From Candidatus Equicola stercoris (GTDB lineage: Bacteria; Bacteroidota; Bacteroidia; Bacteroidales; Bacteroidaceae), in NCBI GenBank assembly GCA_018065415.1, contig JAGHTI010000013.1, forward strand, positions 1 through 61,710: DNA of 61,710 bases. Reading direction: 5' to 3'. Shown here in pieces: positions 59,428 through 61,710 of the stretch. The notes under the pieces were generated by a model, which worked only from the letters and a program-made list of their open reading frames with translations, made no database searches and had not been told where the DNA came from. The position numbers and the translations under genes are program-made. Numbering within the stretch: the stretch's first letter is position 1; every line of letters begins with the position of its first letter.

Positions 59428-61527
59428 ATGGCAATAAAAGATTTATTAAAACAGATAAAGCAGGAACTCACACACAAAAGGCTGACATCGGCATTATACC
59501 TGCTTGATGACATTATAACAGCCAATATGTCATGGGGACTTGCAGACAGGATGAAGAACATCCGCGACACATACACTCTCATGCTCGATGCTGTGGAACA
59601 TGGACAAGACGATCCAAAACTCGACGACAACTTCTACCGCCTTCTACGCGAAGCCTATGCTCTCTATGCAGAAGCAAAATGGCGCGTCAGGACAGAGCAA
59701 AACCACGACATCCTCGCCGATGTCAATCCGCAATTGTTTACTAAGAGCATCGACGATATTGCTGCCGAACTCCGAAAAGGACATCGTCAGGAATATGTCA
59801 ACGACCTTTTCCTCATCTTCACCAACCAACCTTTGTGGACAAAGGACGACACACGTGCCATGACAGACTTGTTGCTTTCTGAAGACATCGACAGCAAGGA
59901 CAAGCAGATGATTGTCACAGCCATCATGATGAGTGCGATGGGCACATTTGACTTGCAGAAGACACTATGTCTCGCAAAGACTTACAAGGAAACGCAAGAC
60001 ATCTATGTCAGGACACGTGCCCTTGTAGGATGGGTTATGAGTCTTGACATACAGATGATTACCCTCTGGGAAGAAGAAAGAGAACTCGTCAGAAAGATGA
60101 CATCCGACGATGAAGATACCCTGCAAGACCTCTTCAAACTGCAGGTGCAGATTATCTATTGCATGTGCGTAGCAAAAGATAGCAACATCATCAACAAAGA
60201 CATACTGCCAAACATCATGAATGGTAGCAAAAAGTCTGGAATTCCATCCTTCGACATACGCATCATAGAAGACCCAGAAAACATTGAAGACTTCACGGAA
60301 CGTGAGGAGAGCGAAAAGCAGATAGAACAACTCGAGGAGAACGCTGAGAAGATGATGAACATGCAGAAGGAAGGTAGCGACATCTACTTCGGAGGATTTG
60401 CCTCAATGAAAGACTTTGAATTTTTCAAGACACTACCAAACTGGTTCTGTCCGTTCTATTACGAACACCCAAAACTGGATGCCATACACCATTCCAATGT
60501 ACCAGAAGAAGTTGTACGAGGACTCCTCTCAGCAGTACCATTCTGCGACTCCGACAAATACTCCTTCGCACTTGCCATGAACATGGTACTCGGCAAGATA
60601 CCGCCGAAGATGCTTGAACTACTCGGACAGGGAGAAATAAAAAATCTCGCTGACGTGGTTGGCATTCCAAAGGATGCCATCATCTTGCGCAACTACCTGC
60701 AAGACCTATTCCGCTTCTACCGCATCAGCACATACAGAAACAAGTTTACAGACCCATTCTCCAACGGACGTTACCTCTTTATCAGCAATCCACTCTTCAT
60801 AGGAACAGGAGTACAGGAACGCTTCTTCACCCCTATCGCACGACTGCTCCAGAAGAAAGATCTCACAGACGACATGGAGCAGATGATACTCACCTACAAG
60901 TCTACAGGAGAAGACGAGAGTTTCATGGCACTCGCAGCAAAACACTACATGAAACGAGGACTCTACGAATATGCCGAGACCTACTATCGATACCTACTTA
61001 ACAAAGACAGCAACAATCGCGCGTACCTCACAGGACTTGCTAAGGCATACTTCATGCAGAAGAATTATGGAGCAGCCATGTTGCAATATCAACAACTCAC
61101 CGAACTCTTCCCAGACGACTACCGACTGCAACTCAACAAAGCCATCTGTCAAACATACATCAAGGAAGAGATTGACGACGCCATGAAGACACTCTCACGG
61201 CTCTACTATGAACATCCTGACGATGACAATATCGTTCGTGCCTACGCATGGGGTAACCTCATCAACAAACAACTGTCCCAAGCCATAAGCAGATACAAGG
61301 AAACCGACGACCATCTCAACCATGCCTTCGCACTATGGTTCAACGGACAGAGAGAAGAAGCACTCGACCAGTTTGAGATACACATCAAAAACAGCAAGGA
61401 GAAAATAAGTGTTGAAGACCTACTGCTAAACGAAACCTTCATCCTCTCCCACTTCAATGTCGATGACACACAGTTCCACCTCCTCACTGCTCTCATACAA
61501 CGCAAAGTGAACACAAGAAATAAATAA
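59428..61527 (+). CDS. TPR-containing conserved protein
   Basis: GSDIYFGGFASMK, NWFCPFY, CDSDKYS; C-terminal TPRs. Confidence 0.75.
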   Translation: MAIKDLLKQIKQELTHKRLTSALYLLDDIITANMSWGLADRMKNIRDTYTLMLDAVEHGQDDPKLDDNFYRLLREAYALYAEAKWRVRTEQNHDILADVNPQLFTKSIDDIAAELRKGHRQEYVNDLFLIFTNQPLWTKDDTRAMTDLLLSEDIDSKDKQMIVTAIMMSAMGTFDLQKTLCLAKTYKETQDIYVRTRALVGWVMSLDIQMITLWEEERELVRKMTSDDEDTLQDLFKLQVQIIYCMCVAKDSNIINKDILPNIMNGSKKSGIPSFDIRIIEDPENIEDFTEREESEKQIEQLEENAEKMMNMQKEGSDIYFGGFASMKDFEFFKTLPNWFCPFYYEHPKLDAIHHSNVPEEVVRGLLSAVPFCDSDKYSFALAMNMVLGKIPPKMLELLGQGEIKNLADVVGIPKDAIILRNYLQDLFRFYRISTYRNKFTDPFSNGRYLFISNPLFIGTGVQERFFTPIARLLQKKDLTDDMEQMILTYKSTGEDESFMALAAKHYMKRGLYEYAETYYRYLLNKDSNNRAYLTGLAKAYFMQKNYGAAMLQYQQLTELFPDDYRLQLNKAICQTYIKEEIDDAMKTLSRLYYEHPDDDNIVRAYAWGNLINKQLSQAISRYKETDDHLNHAFALWFNGQREEALDQFEIHIKNSKEKISVEDLLLNETFILSHFNVDDTQFHLLTALIQRKVNTRNK

Positions 61528-61710
61528 GGCGCAAGTTCAACATAGAACTACAAAGATACTATTTTTTGTAAAAAGCAAAGGAAAACATCAATGCTCTAAA
61601 AGGCCTCATAGAAGAATGATAAAAACTCGTCATTCTATCTCAAATCTCAATCTCAGTTAGAAAAAAATGCTACAGTTATTTTCAAAACGTGCTCTTTATA
61701 TCCTTCTAAC

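Overview
This 61.7 kb window looks like Bacteroidales (Prevotellaceae-like) chromosome, judged from gene content, TTTG-N19-20-TAnnTTTG promoters and a T9SS-type C-terminal domain. It holds a complete starch/maltodextrin utilisation locus (susA-malQ-malT, susB-C-D-E-F and a secreted GH13 amylase, with no regulator in the window) and a GH53 galactanase. Housekeeping genes include yggS, def, ruvX, dnaB, ispE, tRNA-Lys(CTT), mtnN, glgP, glycogen synthase, ftsE, class III fbp, an MscS channel and a cardiolipin synthase. An AT-rich accessory patch (about 36.4-39.5 kb) encodes a macrodomain-like protein, a 22-bp-phased noncoding array and an operon of an agmatine/arginine deiminase-family enzyme with a divergent AAG/MPG-like DNA glycosylase. 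The most unusual signal is noncoding. (1) Six micro-arrays alternate a constant octamer GTATCGTA with variable 7-11 nt mini-hairpins whose stems co-vary around GNA/GNNA loops. (2) A family of large multi-branched hairpin elements shows compensatory changes, and its right arm forms the promoter of the downstream gene; it occurs nested and in tandem with smaller hairpin modules. (3) Many different 7-8 bp period arrays sit at gene boundaries, and one lies in frame inside malQ. No transposase, integrase, cas gene or prophage is visible. Product calls come from motif recognition by eye, not database searches.
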